From positions 52,841 to 116,840 of the forward strand of contig CAVPYP010000005.1 in assembly GCA_963710015.1 (NCBI GenBank): 64,000 nt of DNA. Reading direction: 5' to 3'. The position numbers were made by a program, and so were the translations under genes. This stretch comes from an uncultured delta proteobacterium (lineage in GTDB: Bacteria; Desulfobacterota; Desulfobulbia; Desulfobulbales; Desulfocapsaceae). The notes under the pieces were generated by a model. That model had not been told where the DNA came from and did no database searches. It saw only the letters and a program-made list of their open reading frames with translations. This document shows, in pieces, positions 36,661-47,450 of this stretch; positions within the stretch are counted from its first letter, which is position 1; each line of letters starts with the position of its first letter.

Positions 36661-37752
36661 TTGCAAGACGCTGCTGTTTTTGAACGCATCATTATAGAGC
36701 AACTCCCCCTCATAGACCTGAGGGCACCTGTCGAGTTTCGTTCCGGTTCTCTGCCCGGTGCCGTTAACCTGCCGATAATGTCCGATGACGAGCGGCACCG
36801 GGTCGGGATCTGCTATAGGCAGAAAGGAAAGGAAAAAGCGCTTGATCTCGGTTCGAGGCTGGTGTCTGGGGATGTCCGGGAAGAACGGGTTGCCGGCTGG
36901 ATCACGGTCATCTCAAAAAGCGCCGAGACCATGATCTACTGCGCCCGCGGCGGTCTGAGGTCCCACATCGCACAGCAATGGATTGCGGCTCGATGCGGGC
37001 TTCATGTAGCGCTCCTGGAGGGAGGTTATAAAGCGTTCAGGGGCTACCTGTCAGAGCGCCTTAATCCCGAATGGATAAAGAGCGAGGCCATCGTTATCGG
37101 CGGCCGCACAGGGGTCGGGAAGACAGTGCTGATAAATAAACTGAAAAACAGTATTGATCTTGAGGCACTGGCAAATCACCGCGGGTCCTCGTTTGGGAGA
37201 CATATTTCAGCTCAGCCTGTCCAGGCAGATTTTGAGAATAACCTTGCGGCACACCTGATACGGCACGCTTATCATAATTACCGTCATGTGATTGTTGAGG
37301 ATGAGGGAAGACATATCGGTAAACGTTTTATTCCCAGAGAACTTGCAGAGTTTTTTGCAAACGGCAAATTGATTGTCGTCGATGCTTCGCTTGAACAGAG
37401 AGTCGAGGCAACCTGCGATGAATATGTGGTGGCGGCGCAGAAAAATTACCAGGACACCTTTGGTATTCCCCATGGCATGGAGAGATGGATCGAAGAGATG
37501 GAATCCGGTGTTGATCGGATTGCCCGCCGGCTCGGCCCATCCCGTCACCGCCAGATCAGGGAGGCGCTTGCTGATGCCTGCAGGACCCAGGGTAAGACCG
37601 GTGACCTGGAATTGCATAAGGTCTGGATTGAGCAGCTGCTGACCTTCTACTACGACCCGATGTATGATTTTCAGCTGGAAAAAGACAGACGAACGATTAT
37701 CCATAGAGGAAGTTCTGAGGCAGTAGAGAGCTATCTGAAATCAATAGATTGA
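36661..37752 (+). CDS. selU: tRNA 2-selenouridine synthase
   Basis: TTG start 7 nt after GGAAGG. It has a rhodanese domain with CARGGLRS and the P-loop GGRTGVGKT. Confidence 0.85.
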   Translation: MQDAAVFERIIIEQLPLIDLRAPVEFRSGSLPGAVNLPIMSDDERHRVGICYRQKGKEKALDLGSRLVSGDVREERVAGWITVISKSAETMIYCARGGLRSHIAQQWIAARCGLHVALLEGGYKAFRGYLSERLNPEWIKSEAIVIGGRTGVGKTVLINKLKNSIDLEALANHRGSSFGRHISAQPVQADFENNLAAHLIRHAYHNYRHVIVEDEGRHIGKRFIPRELAEFFANGKLIVVDASLEQRVEATCDEYVVAAQKNYQDTFGIPHGMERWIEEMESGVDRIARRLGPSRHRQIREALADACRTQGKTGDLELHKVWIEQLLTFYYDPMYDFQLEKDRRTIIHRGSSEAVESYLKSID

Positions 37753-37772
37753 TTACAATCGAAGGGAACGGG

Positions 37773-38744
37773 ATGATGGGCAGAAACGGTAAATATCGCT
37801 TGCTTCTGACGATATTCTTATTCTTGTTTTTTAGCCAGGGATGCGAAAAGCCGCCGGAAGAGGCACTTGGCACGCTGGAGTGGGATCGGGTTAACAGTCG
37901 TATTCCTGCCAGTGAAATAATTGTACATATCGCAGTACAAGAAGGGCAGCGGGTCGAGGCAGGAGACCTGCTTCTGACCATTGATGATCGGAAAATTGTT
38001 CAGCAGTATCGTGAGGTGGAAGCACTCCTGAAACAGGCGGCATGGAAACTCCAGGAACTCGAGACCGGGCCTCGACCTCAAACCATCGCCGAAGCACAGG
38101 CGCGTCTTGAAGCTGCGAAAGCAACCCTGAAAAATGACAAAGAAATATATGAGCGAAGAAAAAAGCTGTTAAAGACAGACTTTACCAGCCGCGAACAGCA
38201 TGACAACAGCTATAACAGCTATCTCAATTCAATAGAGCGGGTTAAAGAGCTGACTGAGGTGCTTGACGAATTACTCGCCGGTACCCGAATTGAGCAGATT
38301 GAACAGGCAAAGAGCCAGGTTGACTCGCTTACTGCCAGGCTTTCCGGTCTGGAGCTGCTCAGAGCGGATTACGCAATAACAGCTGCCAGAAGCGGCCTTG
38401 TGGACAGTCTGCCGTTCAAGCAGGGAGATAAACCGCCGGCCCATTCGGTGGTCTCCACGCTGCTCGCTGGTGACAGGCCGTGGGCGCGGGTATACATCCC
38501 TGAGGCGTATCGCTCCCGAATGAAACCCGGCACCAGCTATCAACTGATGGTTGACGGTCAGCAGCAGCCGTTTGCATCAACATTGCGGACAATCTCTTCA
38601 GAAGCCTCTTTTACCCCTTACTTTGCACTCTCGGAAAAGGACCGATCCCGACTGTCGTATATCGGTCAGTTTGACCTGATCGATGAAAAAGCCCGGCAGC
38701 TGACGGCAGGCACACCCGTACAGCTTATTCTGGAGGCCCCGTGA
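37773..38744 (+). CDS. HlyD-family membrane-fusion (periplasmic adaptor) protein
   Basis: Has an N-terminal anchor and a coiled-coil plus barrel-sandwich pattern. The stop overlaps the GTG of the ATPase gene (GTGA). Confidence 0.85.
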   Translation: MMGRNGKYRLLLTIFLFLFFSQGCEKPPEEALGTLEWDRVNSRIPASEIIVHIAVQEGQRVEAGDLLLTIDDRKIVQQYREVEALLKQAAWKLQELETGPRPQTIAEAQARLEAAKATLKNDKEIYERRKKLLKTDFTSREQHDNSYNSYLNSIERVKELTEVLDELLAGTRIEQIEQAKSQVDSLTARLSGLELLRADYAITAARSGLVDSLPFKQGDKPPAHSVVSTLLAGDRPWARVYIPEAYRSRMKPGTSYQLMVDGQQQPFASTLRTISSEASFTPYFALSEKDRSRLSYIGQFDLIDEKARQLTAGTPVQLILEAP

Positions 38745-39674
38745 ATCCGGTCATCCAGGTGACAGGTCTGACCAAAAAATTTGGCAGTTTTACCGCCGTC
38801 GACACGTTAGACATGACCATTCCAAAACAGCAGGTCTATGGTTTTCTCGGACCGAACGGCAGCGGTAAGACGACGGCAATTCGTCATGATGTGCGGTCTG
38901 CTGCAGCCAACTGAAGGGCAGATAGAAGTCCTGGGAATGAAGATTCCTGAAAAGACCGAGCAGGTTCGGCTTCAGGTCGGCTATATGACCCAAAAGTTTT
39001 CCATGTACGGGGATCTCACCGTTCTGCAGAATATGCAGTTCATGGCCCGAATTATGGGGGTGTATGGCCGAAGTATGAAGGGACGGATTGGTGATCTTCT
39101 CGAGCGATTCAAGCTCGATTCGTTTGCCAAAAGGAGTGCAGGCTCTCTTTCCGGAGGTCAGAAACGGAGACTGGCACTTGCCGCTGCTGTGATCCATGAA
39201 CCGAAGCTGCTGCTGCTCGATGAACCAACATCGGAGGTCGATCCCAATAGCCGTCGGGAATTCTGGGATGAACTATTTTTGATGTGTGAGGCAGGGACAA
39301 CAATTCTGGTGACCACTCACCTGATGGACGAGGCTGAGCGCTGTCATCACCTGGCCATCCTGAATGAGGGGAAAAAGGTTGCTGACGGGTCGCCGCAGGA
39401 TCTGAAAACAAATCTGGGGGCCCAGGTGTTCCTGATAAACGGAGAAGATATTGCCGCTGTTCGTGAGCATTTAAAGCATGTCCCTGAAGTGCTTGCAACC
39501 GCGCGGTCGGGCCTCTCGCTCCGGGTTATATTGAAAAGTGATGAAGCCAGGGCTGAGAACTGGCTTTCAGAACAACTGCTTGAATATGAGGCGGATATCA
39601 CCCAGACCGCACCATCAATTGAAGATGTCTTTGTAATGACGACTCAAAACAATATCGCTGAGGAGTCTCTCTGA
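38741..39674 (+). pseudogene. ABC transporter ATP-binding protein with a +1 frameshift at about 38885
   Basis: The GTG-started frame gives VNPVIQVTGLTKKFGSFTAVDTLDMTIPKQQVYGFLGPNGSGKTTAIR and then HDVRSAAAN*. The next frame continues with the expected MMCGLLQPTEGQIEVLG...LSGGQKRRL...LLLDEP. Confidence 0.8.
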
Positions 39675-39675
39675 G

Positions 39676-40788
39676 ATGTATTCTCCTGTCCCGTCCATCG
39701 TCCGCATTGCAGCTGTCTGCCGTAAGGAAATGATCCATCTTGTTCATGATCGCCTGACCTTCGGCATGGTTGTCATGATCCCTCTTTTTCAGTTGATCCT
39801 GTTCGGCTATACCATTAATACCGATGTCCGAAACGTGCCGGCGGCGGTTGCAGATAATCTCAACAACTCCTTTTCACGTCAGCTGGTATTGGACCTGCAG
39901 GCCACCCAGGTCCTGGATTTTGTTGCCGTGACTGAAACACCACAGCAGCTCGAAGCCCTTATTCAAAGAGGAACCGTCAGTGCCGGCCTCTACATCCCGA
40001 GAGATGCAGAACAGCGTTATTACAGCGGTGATCGGTCTGTTGCACAGTTATTGGTGGATGGCTCTGACACGACGCTTGGCGGTGCAGTCAGGCAACTCTC
40101 ACGCTTTCCTTTTTTACCGGGCGGCACCGTCTCAAACCTGGACAGTGTGGAGCAGATATCGGTTCGACTGCTCTACAATCCGGAGCGGAGGGCATCGCTG
40201 TTTACCGTACCCGGACTGCTCGGCGTCATCCTCACCATGACCATGATCATGTTTACCTCTATCGCAATTGTCAGAGAGCGTGAACGCGGCAATATGGAAT
40301 TACTGATTACCACACCGATTAGAAATCTTGAGCTGATGGTCGGTAAAATAACTCCTTATGTCGGTATCGGCCTGATACAGGTCTCAGTTATCCTCTTTCT
40401 TGGAGTAATGCTTTTTGATATCCCGGTGGTGGGCAGTTTCTTGCCGGTCTACACGGTCTGCCTGATCTTTATCCTGGCAAATCTGACCCTCGGGTTGATG
40501 ATCTCCACACTGGTGCGCGATCAACTGGCGGCGATGCAGATGTCATTCTTTATCCTGCTGCCGTCCATTCTGCTTTCAGGCTTTATGTTTCCTTTTGTGG
40601 CCATGCCGAAAGCTGCCCAGTATGTCGCGGAAATTCTGCCGCTCACCCATTTTTTAAGAATTATCAGGGGCGTGATGCTGAGAGGAGAGGGATTGCTCGG
40701 GCTTGCTGGAGACCTCTTGTTTTTACTGGTTTTTGCACTGATATTTCTGGTGCTCAGTACACTTCGTTTTTCCAAGCGGCTCGAATAG
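39676..40788 (+). CDS. ABC-2 type transporter permease
   Basis: 370 aa with an N-terminal TM segment, a large loop and 5 C-terminal TM segments (YbhS/YhhJ-like). Confidence 0.85.
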   Translation: MYSPVPSIVRIAAVCRKEMIHLVHDRLTFGMVVMIPLFQLILFGYTINTDVRNVPAAVADNLNNSFSRQLVLDLQATQVLDFVAVTETPQQLEALIQRGTVSAGLYIPRDAEQRYYSGDRSVAQLLVDGSDTTLGGAVRQLSRFPFLPGGTVSNLDSVEQISVRLLYNPERRASLFTVPGLLGVILTMTMIMFTSIAIVRERERGNMELLITTPIRNLELMVGKITPYVGIGLIQVSVILFLGVMLFDIPVVGSFLPVYTVCLIFILANLTLGLMISTLVRDQLAAMQMSFFILLPSILLSGFMFPFVAMPKAAQYVAEILPLTHFLRIIRGVMLRGEGLLGLAGDLLFLLVFALIFLVLSTLRFSKRLE

Positions 40789-41113
40789 GTTGCTATTGTT
40801 TCATCATCTTGCTTTCCACAGGTCTGCTTGGCTCGCAGGCTGTCTCAACTCATGAAATATTCAGGCAAGGACGAAGAGACGACAGGTCGAACTATCATAT
40901 TTGCTACCAGCATGGTGGGGGCAACAAGCTGATTACTGAGTTAACCTTCAAAAAGAGAAGTAATGTCTCCGGATAATTCAGACAAATTATTATGATTTTG
41001 AGGACTTGAATCATCCCTGCCGTTTTGCGTTTAGCGGCTGGATGTTTGAGAATAGCGGATTTCCAATACGTTCCAGGTGTTTCCTGCAGCCCCCTTGCAT
41101 TCGGGAAGCCATT

Positions 41114-41153
41114 AAAAAAGGGAGCTTTTCTCACCCTCGTGCGAAAAGCTCCC
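41114..41153 (-). terminator. Rho-independent terminator of nfnB
   Basis: The stem is 11 bp (gggagcttttc/gaaaagctccc). On the minus strand it is followed by a T6 run. Confidence 0.65.
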
Positions 41154-41185
41154 TGCGGTTGTAGAGAATTATTTCTATTGGTTAA

Positions 41186-42598
41186 TTACCAGCCTAAGGT
41201 CAGGTAATCGTGCATGGAATCGGCCGCCTGCCGACCGGCACCCATGGCCAGGATTACCGTTGCGGCACCGGTGACGATATCGCCGCCGGCCCAGACACCT
41301 TTTTTGGTGGTCTTGCCACTCTTTTCATCGGTCAGGACATACCCCCACTGGTTGAGCTTCATGTCCGGTGTTTCACTGGTGAGCAATGGATTAGCTCCGG
41401 AGCCGACTGCCACAATGCAGAGATCGCAGTCCATGTGAAACTCTGATCCTTCTATGGCGACCGGACGCCGTCTGCCCGAAGCGTCAGGTTCTCCCAGTTC
41501 CATCCGCAGACATTCCATACCGGTTAAGCGGCCCTTCTCGTTGCCGATGTATTTGGTTGGGTTGGTCAGCAGAAACATTTCGATCCCTTCTTCTTCTGCA
41601 TGATGGATCTCAGCTTTTCTGGCCGGCATCTCTTCCCGGGATCTTCGATAGACAATTTTTACATTGTCGGCTCCCAGACGCATTGCGGTTCGGGCGGCAT
41701 CCATGGCAACATTTCCCGCACCAAGAACAACGACGTTTTTGCCGATTGGTATAGGGGTGTCAACCTCCGGGAATTTGTAGGCTTTCATCAAGTTGGCACG
41801 GGTAAGGTATTCGTTTGCCGAAAGGATGCCGACGAGGTTTTCGCCCGGTAGATTCATAAACCTTGGAAGCCCTGCTCCAACACCGACATAGACTGCATCG
41901 TATCCCTGTTCCAAAAGTTCATCGAGGGAAACAGTGCGGCCGACCACGGCATTACATTCAACGCTGACGCCGAGCCTTTCAAGAAAATGGACTTCCTGGG
42001 CAACAATGTCCTTGGGGAGACGAAATTCAGGAATGCCATAAACCAGGACCCCGCCCGGTTTATGAAATGCTTCCAGTATGGTCACATCGTGACCTTTGAC
42101 GATAAGATCTCCGGCAACGGTCAAACCTGATGGCCCAGAACCGACAACGGCAACTTTTTTACCGGTTTGCGGCTGCTTTGGCGGCAGTTCTCCAGTACCG
42201 TATTGCCGTTCATAATCGGCGCAGAAGCGTTCGAGGTTGCCGATGGCGACCGGTTCACCTTTTCTACCGACAATACACTTTCCTTCGCACTGGATTTCCT
42301 GGGGGCAGACACGGCCGCAGACAGCAGGCAGGGCGTTTTTGCCCCAGAGATTCCGTATTGCGCCGGTCGTGTCACCCTGGGCGAGGAGGTCGATAAAACC
42401 TGGAATATCAACACTAACCGGACAGCCGGCTACACAGCCGGGCTTCTTGCACTGCAGACATCGTGCGGCCTCTTCCTGGGCCATTTTCGGTGTGTAGCCT
42501 GTGGGTACTTCAAGAAAATTACGGGCCCTGACTTGTGGCTCCTGTTCGGGCATTGCAACCCGGGGGTTCTTCGTTTTAGTCGCTTGCTCCGCCATCAC
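41186..42598 (-). CDS. nfnB: NADPH-dependent glutamate-synthase-beta-like flavoprotein (NfnB/SudA type)
   Basis: 470 aa. It has N-terminal 2x[4Fe-4S] Cys motifs and two dinucleotide folds (VAVVGSGPSG, VVVLGAGNVAMD). It is paired with an NfnA/SudB-like gene. Confidence 0.8.
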   Translation of the reverse strand: MMAEQATKTKNPRVAMPEQEPQVRARNFLEVPTGYTPKMAQEEAARCLQCKKPGCVAGCPVSVDIPGFIDLLAQGDTTGAIRNLWGKNALPAVCGRVCPQEIQCEGKCIVGRKGEPVAIGNLERFCADYERQYGTGELPPKQPQTGKKVAVVGSGPSGLTVAGDLIVKGHDVTILEAFHKPGGVLVYGIPEFRLPKDIVAQEVHFLERLGVSVECNAVVGRTVSLDELLEQGYDAVYVGVGAGLPRFMNLPGENLVGILSANEYLTRANLMKAYKFPEVDTPIPIGKNVVVLGAGNVAMDAARTAMRLGADNVKIVYRRSREEMPARKAEIHHAEEEGIEMFLLTNPTKYIGNEKGRLTGMECLRMELGEPDASGRRRPVAIEGSEFHMDCDLCIVAVGSGANPLLTSETPDMKLNQWGYVLTDEKSGKTTKKGVWAGGDIVTGAATVILAMGAGRQAADSMHDYLTLGW

Positions 42599-42670
42599 TC
42601 CCTCCGTTGATTAAATCTCTATAAAGTATCTCTCTTCACTTAAATGTCCCGTCTAAACTGCAGGGCTGGA

Positions 42671-43507
42671 TTATCTGGCATCACGAATGGTACAGAAATC
42701 TTCGTGGCATTTTTTTTCGTCTTCCTGGTAGGCCTGAAGCCTGAGCATCAGTTCGTTATAATCGACCTGGTGGCCGTCGAATTCCGGTCCGTCTACACAG
42801 GCAAATTTAGTCTCACCGCCAATAGTGACCCGGCAGCCCCCGCACATACCGGTGCCGTCGACCATGATCGGATTGAGGCTGACAAGCGTCTGAACCCCAT
42901 ATTCTTTGGTAATCGCGCTGACTGCTCTCATCATTGGAACCGGCCCGATGGCAACGACCTGCTTGATGTCCTCCTTTTCGAGGATATCTTTCATAACATC
43001 AGTTACGAAACCATGATGGCCATATGATCCGTCATCAGTGCAGAGCCTGAGGTCATGGGAGGCGTCTTTCATCTGCTCTTCAAGGATCAGCAGATCTTTT
43101 GTTCGGGCCCCGATAATGCAGGTTACATCATTACCGATCTCTTTCATTGCCCTGGTGATCGGATGAAGCACCGCCACGCCGGTTCCGCCGCCGACGCAGA
43201 TGACCTTACCGATTTTTTCCAGATGAGTGGCTTTTCCCAACGGGCCGATGACATCCTGGTAGCCGTCACCGACCTGTAATTCCTTGAAGAGTGCAGTAGA
43301 TTTTCCAACCACCATATAGATAATGGTGATGGTGCCTTTTTCCTTATCGGAGGAGGCCATGGTGAGCGGGATTCTCTCCCCGTCTTCACCGGTTTTCAGG
43401 ATTACGAACTGGCCGGGCCGGGCTTTTTTTGCGATCAGCGGTGCCTCAATCTCATTGAGTATTACAGTACCCTCTGCCATTTCTTCGCGTCTGACGATTT
43501 TAAACAT
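42671..43507 (-). CDS. nfnA: Ferredoxin-NADP+ reductase-like subunit (NfnA/SudB type)
   Basis: 278 aa with an FNR-like FAD/NAD fold and a C-terminal [2Fe-2S] motif (GTGMCGGCRV...CVDGPEF). Confidence 0.8.
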   Translation of the reverse strand: MFKIVRREEMAEGTVILNEIEAPLIAKKARPGQFVILKTGEDGERIPLTMASSDKEKGTITIIYMVVGKSTALFKELQVGDGYQDVIGPLGKATHLEKIGKVICVGGGTGVAVLHPITRAMKEIGNDVTCIIGARTKDLLILEEQMKDASHDLRLCTDDGSYGHHGFVTDVMKDILEKEDIKQVVAIGPVPMMRAVSAITKEYGVQTLVSLNPIMVDGTGMCGGCRVTIGGETKFACVDGPEFDGHQVDYNELMLRLQAYQEDEKKCHEDFCTIRDAR

Positions 43508-43782
43508 GTGGACCTCCCGGCTTTAAAGACATTGATAGTGCAATAAGCAGATTCTCCCCAAGAGAGCAGCGCGGAACCGTTCCCAGGTTCGAAAAACCTT
43601 ATCAAGACTGCAGATTTAGATGGACAATAGAAGCGAGCCTACCTCTTTTACCCGTTATTTTCAATCACGTTATCCTGTCAATAGAACAGTACTATTTATT
43701 TGATATTTAAAGAAAATTTATTGAATACTCTACTATGCTGAATATATTGGGAAAATTACTTTACCAGGGCTGGCGGTTATGG

Positions 43783-44208
43783 TTACTCCTGGCTGCTCAG
43801 CAGCGCATCGAGTCCCGCCTGGGCGACGATTTCATCCTGGTCCGGACTTCCGGAACTGCAGCCAATGCCGCCAACCGGATGATCATCGATGAAAATTGGC
43901 AGCCCTCCTGCAAAAATCATGAATCTTCCATTGATGCTTGAGTTGATACCAAAGGCAGGGTCTCCCGGGCCGCTTACATCTCCGTAGGCACGGGTTGATT
44001 TTCTCGCTGCACCGGCAGTGAAGGCCTTGTCGATGGCGATGGTTATGCTGGTAATTCGGGCGTTATCCATGCGTTGAAAGAGCATGAGATTCCCGCCATC
44101 GTCGACAATGGCGATATCCATGTCAACGCCGATTTCGGTGGCCCTCTGTTCTGCTGCTTCCATCATTAGCTTTGCATCTTCCAGGGTGAGTTTCAGCACG
44201 CGTTTCAT
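43783..44208 (-). CDS. GlcG/HbpS-like (DUF336) haem-binding protein
   Basis: 141 aa with the pattern ...AIVDDGGNLMLFQRMD...GGLPI...GGIGCSSGSPDQDE. Confidence 0.8.
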   Translation of the reverse strand: MKRVLKLTLEDAKLMMEAAEQRATEIGVDMDIAIVDDGGNLMLFQRMDNARITSITIAIDKAFTAGAARKSTRAYGDVSGPGDPAFGINSSINGRFMIFAGGLPIFIDDHPVGGIGCSSGSPDQDEIVAQAGLDALLSSQE

Positions 44209-44494
44209 ACATTTTCCTCCGGGGATTATGAATATTTTTAAATGGATTTACTGATACCATTAATGGTCTGTCCGTAATTATGTGATGTTCAACGTTTTGT
44301 CAACATTACGATTCAGGGTGAGCGGAATTATCTGCAGAGAGTATCAGGGGGCAGGGTAGAAACAGCACTATAAAAAACTGGGAAATTGCCGATCAGCATT
44401 ATTATAATTACAGCGTGAAGATGGCGCTCTGAGTCGATCAATGATCAGTGGCAAGTACGTTCCACAACCAGCAGAAGGGTATCCTCAGCGATCA

Positions 44495-44983
44495 ATGAAA
44501 GGCAGGAAAAGGATAACGATTTTCATTTGTACTTTATGGCTCTTGGCCGCCGGCCATTATGGGCTGGCATATGATAACGTTCATTTGATTGAAGATGCCG
44601 GAGCGGGCGATCGTGAAGCACAATATACCCTTGCTCATCTCTACTATAAAGGGCTGGGGGGCTTAGATCAAAACATCATGCATGCAGTTACATGGTTTCG
44701 CAGGGCAGCAGAGGCAGGGCATGTTGACAGTATGTACGATCTTGCCATGATACTGCTTGATAATGAACTCGTCATCAGCAATAAAGAGGAATCATTTTAC
44801 TGGCTGAAAAAGTCGGCGGATATGGGACATGCAGATGGCCAATACACTCTCGGGAGGGCATACGGCTTAAGTGATCCAGAAAAGGGGGTGTACTGGCTGA
44901 AACAGGCGGCCATGAGCGGCCATCGCGAGGCCACTGACTATCTTGATAAATGGTGTAAAGTTGAATCGCTGGCCTGTGATTAG
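44495..44983 (+). CDS. Sel1-repeat (TPR-like) protein with signal peptide
   Basis: Has three to four Sel1 repeats (AQYTLAHLYYKG..., SMYDLAMIL..., GQYTLGRAY...). An N-terminal hydrophobic segment is present. Confidence 0.75.
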   Translation: MKGRKRITIFICTLWLLAAGHYGLAYDNVHLIEDAGAGDREAQYTLAHLYYKGLGGLDQNIMHAVTWFRRAAEAGHVDSMYDLAMILLDNELVISNKEESFYWLKKSADMGHADGQYTLGRAYGLSDPEKGVYWLKQAAMSGHREATDYLDKWCKVESLACD

Positions 44984-46173
44984 GGGGGGGAAACCGATTT
45001 TTTCTTAATACCGTCAGATTCTGTGAAACCAGCGATGGGTGAAGTGGAGTCCTGATGAATCGCATCAAGGAGCGCTTGTGGATTGTTTCTAAAGTCGCTT
45101 TCAACCGATGTGTCAAACTCTACCAGCTTTTGATCAAACGTGGAGATCAGGTTCTGGTGCCTCCAGCGGGTCAGGTAGTAGGTTATCATTTCAGGTAGCC
45201 GGGTGAAAACTGTCTCATCTGGCATTGGATCAACAAAACTTGATTCTTCAAGGCGCTTACCGGATAAAGTCTGTGTGCGATAAAACGCTCTCAGGAACAT
45301 CAGTTCAGGCGGAAATGTGGCCTTCAGTCCAATTTTAGTGAGCAGTCTCAGGATGACTTTTACACTCTTTTTGCCGGTGCGGGCTACAGAATAGGGCACA
45401 TAGATTTTTTTGGGACTGCTCAGGTTGAGCTGGGACTTGATTGTCAGGATCAGTTCGGACAGTTCGACTGGATCCCTGTCAACAAAGTTATAGGTCTTCC
45501 CGCAGAACTCGTCTCTGTGATCAAGCATGTGGTGGATCAGGTAGGGCAGCTTTCTCGAGTTGGAATATGAATGCCTGATGCCCTTGTTGGTGAAGAGGAA
45601 CGGCATTGATTCATCGGTGATTGAGAAGAGAAGACGTTGAAATCCTTGAATTTTATGATCATGACTTCCATAGGCGATGGCCAACCTGATACAGCTGTAG
45701 TCAAGCTCTTCATTCTTCGCCATGTACTCAAGCGTCTTTTCCACCATCAATTTTGATTTTGCATAATTGCTCAAATTTGCAGACATGGGGACCTGGTCTG
45801 TCTCTGAGAGATCGGTACCGGGCGGAAGGGTGGCTGCCGAACTGAAATGGATGTAGGGGATTTTTAACGCTGCAGCCGTTCTTGCAACATTGACTGCACC
45901 CATATAATTGACTTCGAAGGTCAGTTGGGCTCCTGCGTCAATATTGGTGATTGCCGTATTAATAACAAAATCAGGTTTGACCGATAAGAGATAATCGCGG
46001 ATATCCTTGCAGTTTCTCAGGGAGACTTTCTTGCTGCTGGGAGCCCGCATATCGACGAGCCCTGGTCGCTTGGTTTTAAAATAGTTAACCATTGTACCGC
46101 CGATCAGACCCGACCCGCCAAACAGCACACCAATTCTTGGCCTGTTGCCATCATATCCTGTATCGTTTAGCAT
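44980..46173 (-). CDS. NAD(P)-dependent epimerase/dehydratase-family (extended SDR) protein
   Basis: 397 aa with an N-terminal Rossmann motif VLFGGSGLIGG and YAKSK (YxxxK). Confidence 0.7.
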   Translation of the reverse strand: MLNDTGYDGNRPRIGVLFGGSGLIGGTMVNYFKTKRPGLVDMRAPSSKKVSLRNCKDIRDYLLSVKPDFVINTAITNIDAGAQLTFEVNYMGAVNVARTAAALKIPYIHFSSAATLPPGTDLSETDQVPMSANLSNYAKSKLMVEKTLEYMAKNEELDYSCIRLAIAYGSHDHKIQGFQRLLFSITDESMPFLFTNKGIRHSYSNSRKLPYLIHHMLDHRDEFCGKTYNFVDRDPVELSELILTIKSQLNLSSPKKIYVPYSVARTGKKSVKVILRLLTKIGLKATFPPELMFLRAFYRTQTLSGKRLEESSFVDPMPDETVFTRLPEMITYYLTRWRHQNLISTFDQKLVEFDTSVESDFRNNPQALLDAIHQDSTSPIAGFTESDGIKKKSVSPP

Positions 46174-46303
46174 CCCGACCTCTCTTTTCGGTAAATGGTT
46201 AAGATTATGATAACAGTTAGGTCGAACTGGTCAATAATTAATTTGAAAACGGCCGCTCATCTAAGCGGCTTGAAGACAGGATATGCCGGTTGGGGGAACT
46301 TAA

Positions 46304-47446
46304 TTAAAGAGAGAAATTACGTTCCAGCACTTCTTCAATAACGATATCCGGTTTGAAAAACGTCAGGATTTCCTCGATATTGTTCTGGTCATATTCTTTC
46401 CAGAGATAGACAACCTGCTTAAAGTTTTCTGAAAAAAATGGTTCAAGCGCCACAAAAAATGAATCTCTAAAAATCACAGCTTTGAGTTCTGCCTGATCGC
46501 ACCTGCTGCTAATTGAGGACCTGACAATTTCTTCTGGAAGGTTCGTCAGGGGATAGTCAGTTGGAACATTATATGAGCATTTATTATAGTTTAACAGCTT
46601 ACTGAAGGATTCTTCAAATGGCTCAAAATCAAGAAGCATTCTGGTGAGGTCTCCACACTGATTTTCTTTACGTGAACATTGTCGCGTTTTCAATTTTGAG
46701 AATGTGAAATCTTTTTTAAAGGAGGTAGAGGGGAATTTCTGTTCAATTTTCTCGGCAATGATCAGGTAGGCAGAGTAGGCCCCAAATGGCGTCCAGTGGG
46801 TGTCACTTTTATAGAAAAGTGGTTCTTCTTTTTGTTTCATAAGGCGTGAACCAAGGTCGAGCAGTTCTTTTTCGTTGATCTCCGGATATGCTTCGATGAG
46901 TTGCTGGAGTCTGCTTTTACCTTGAAATTTTTCCCAGGAATCAATCACAAATTCCGGATACACACTCTCTTTGTCTGGTGAAATTACCAGCAGGTATTGC
47001 ATGTCATGCTGCTCAAGCCATTGTTTTTTTTGCCGATATTTGGCTGCCCACTGCTCCACCTGCGCTTCAGTGAGATGTTCTTTGCCGGCAAAATCAAGCA
47101 GCATCTCTGACTGTCCGAAGTAAAACCAGTTATCTGTACCCTGGTATACATTAGTTTCATCGCCGACCGTGCCAAATCGTTTCCTGGTTTCCCGCTGATA
47201 CCGATAAATTAAAAATTCTCGAAAGCCAAAGTGATCGTCAAGGTAAGACCCAAGATCAGAAAAATAGAGATCCATTTGAGAAAGCGACTCCGGGGGGGCT
47301 GGGATGGAGGCCAGACTCCGTTTTTCGGTAAAGGAGAACAGCATTTTTTCGGAACCCAGCATCTTGATTGCCGGTGCAGACAGGAGTCCCATAAACAAAG
47401 AGATTAGTGTCAGCTTGTAGAGGGCTGGAATGAATCTGGCAATCAT
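46304..47446 (-). CDS. AlgJ/AlgX-like (DHHW-type) O-acetyltransferase accessory protein
   Basis: 380 aa with an N-terminal anchor and YKSDTHWTPFGAY (the D-x-H-W catalytic motif of the AlgJ/AlgX family). It starts 4 nt after the MBOAT gene. Confidence 0.65.
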   Translation of the reverse strand: MIARFIPALYKLTLISLFMGLLSAPAIKMLGSEKMLFSFTEKRSLASIPAPPESLSQMDLYFSDLGSYLDDHFGFREFLIYRYQRETRKRFGTVGDETNVYQGTDNWFYFGQSEMLLDFAGKEHLTEAQVEQWAAKYRQKKQWLEQHDMQYLLVISPDKESVYPEFVIDSWEKFQGKSRLQQLIEAYPEINEKELLDLGSRLMKQKEEPLFYKSDTHWTPFGAYSAYLIIAEKIEQKFPSTSFKKDFTFSKLKTRQCSRKENQCGDLTRMLLDFEPFEESFSKLLNYNKCSYNVPTDYPLTNLPEEIVRSSISSRCDQAELKAVIFRDSFFVALEPFFSENFKQVVYLWKEYDQNNIEEILTFFKPDIVIEEVLERNFSL

Positions 47447-47450
47447 TTGC

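Noticed and set aside
43585-43598. AGGTTCGAAAAACCT as a tRNA T-arm.
   Set aside because: No acceptor, D or anticodon arms can be built around it. It sits in the promoter region of nfnA.
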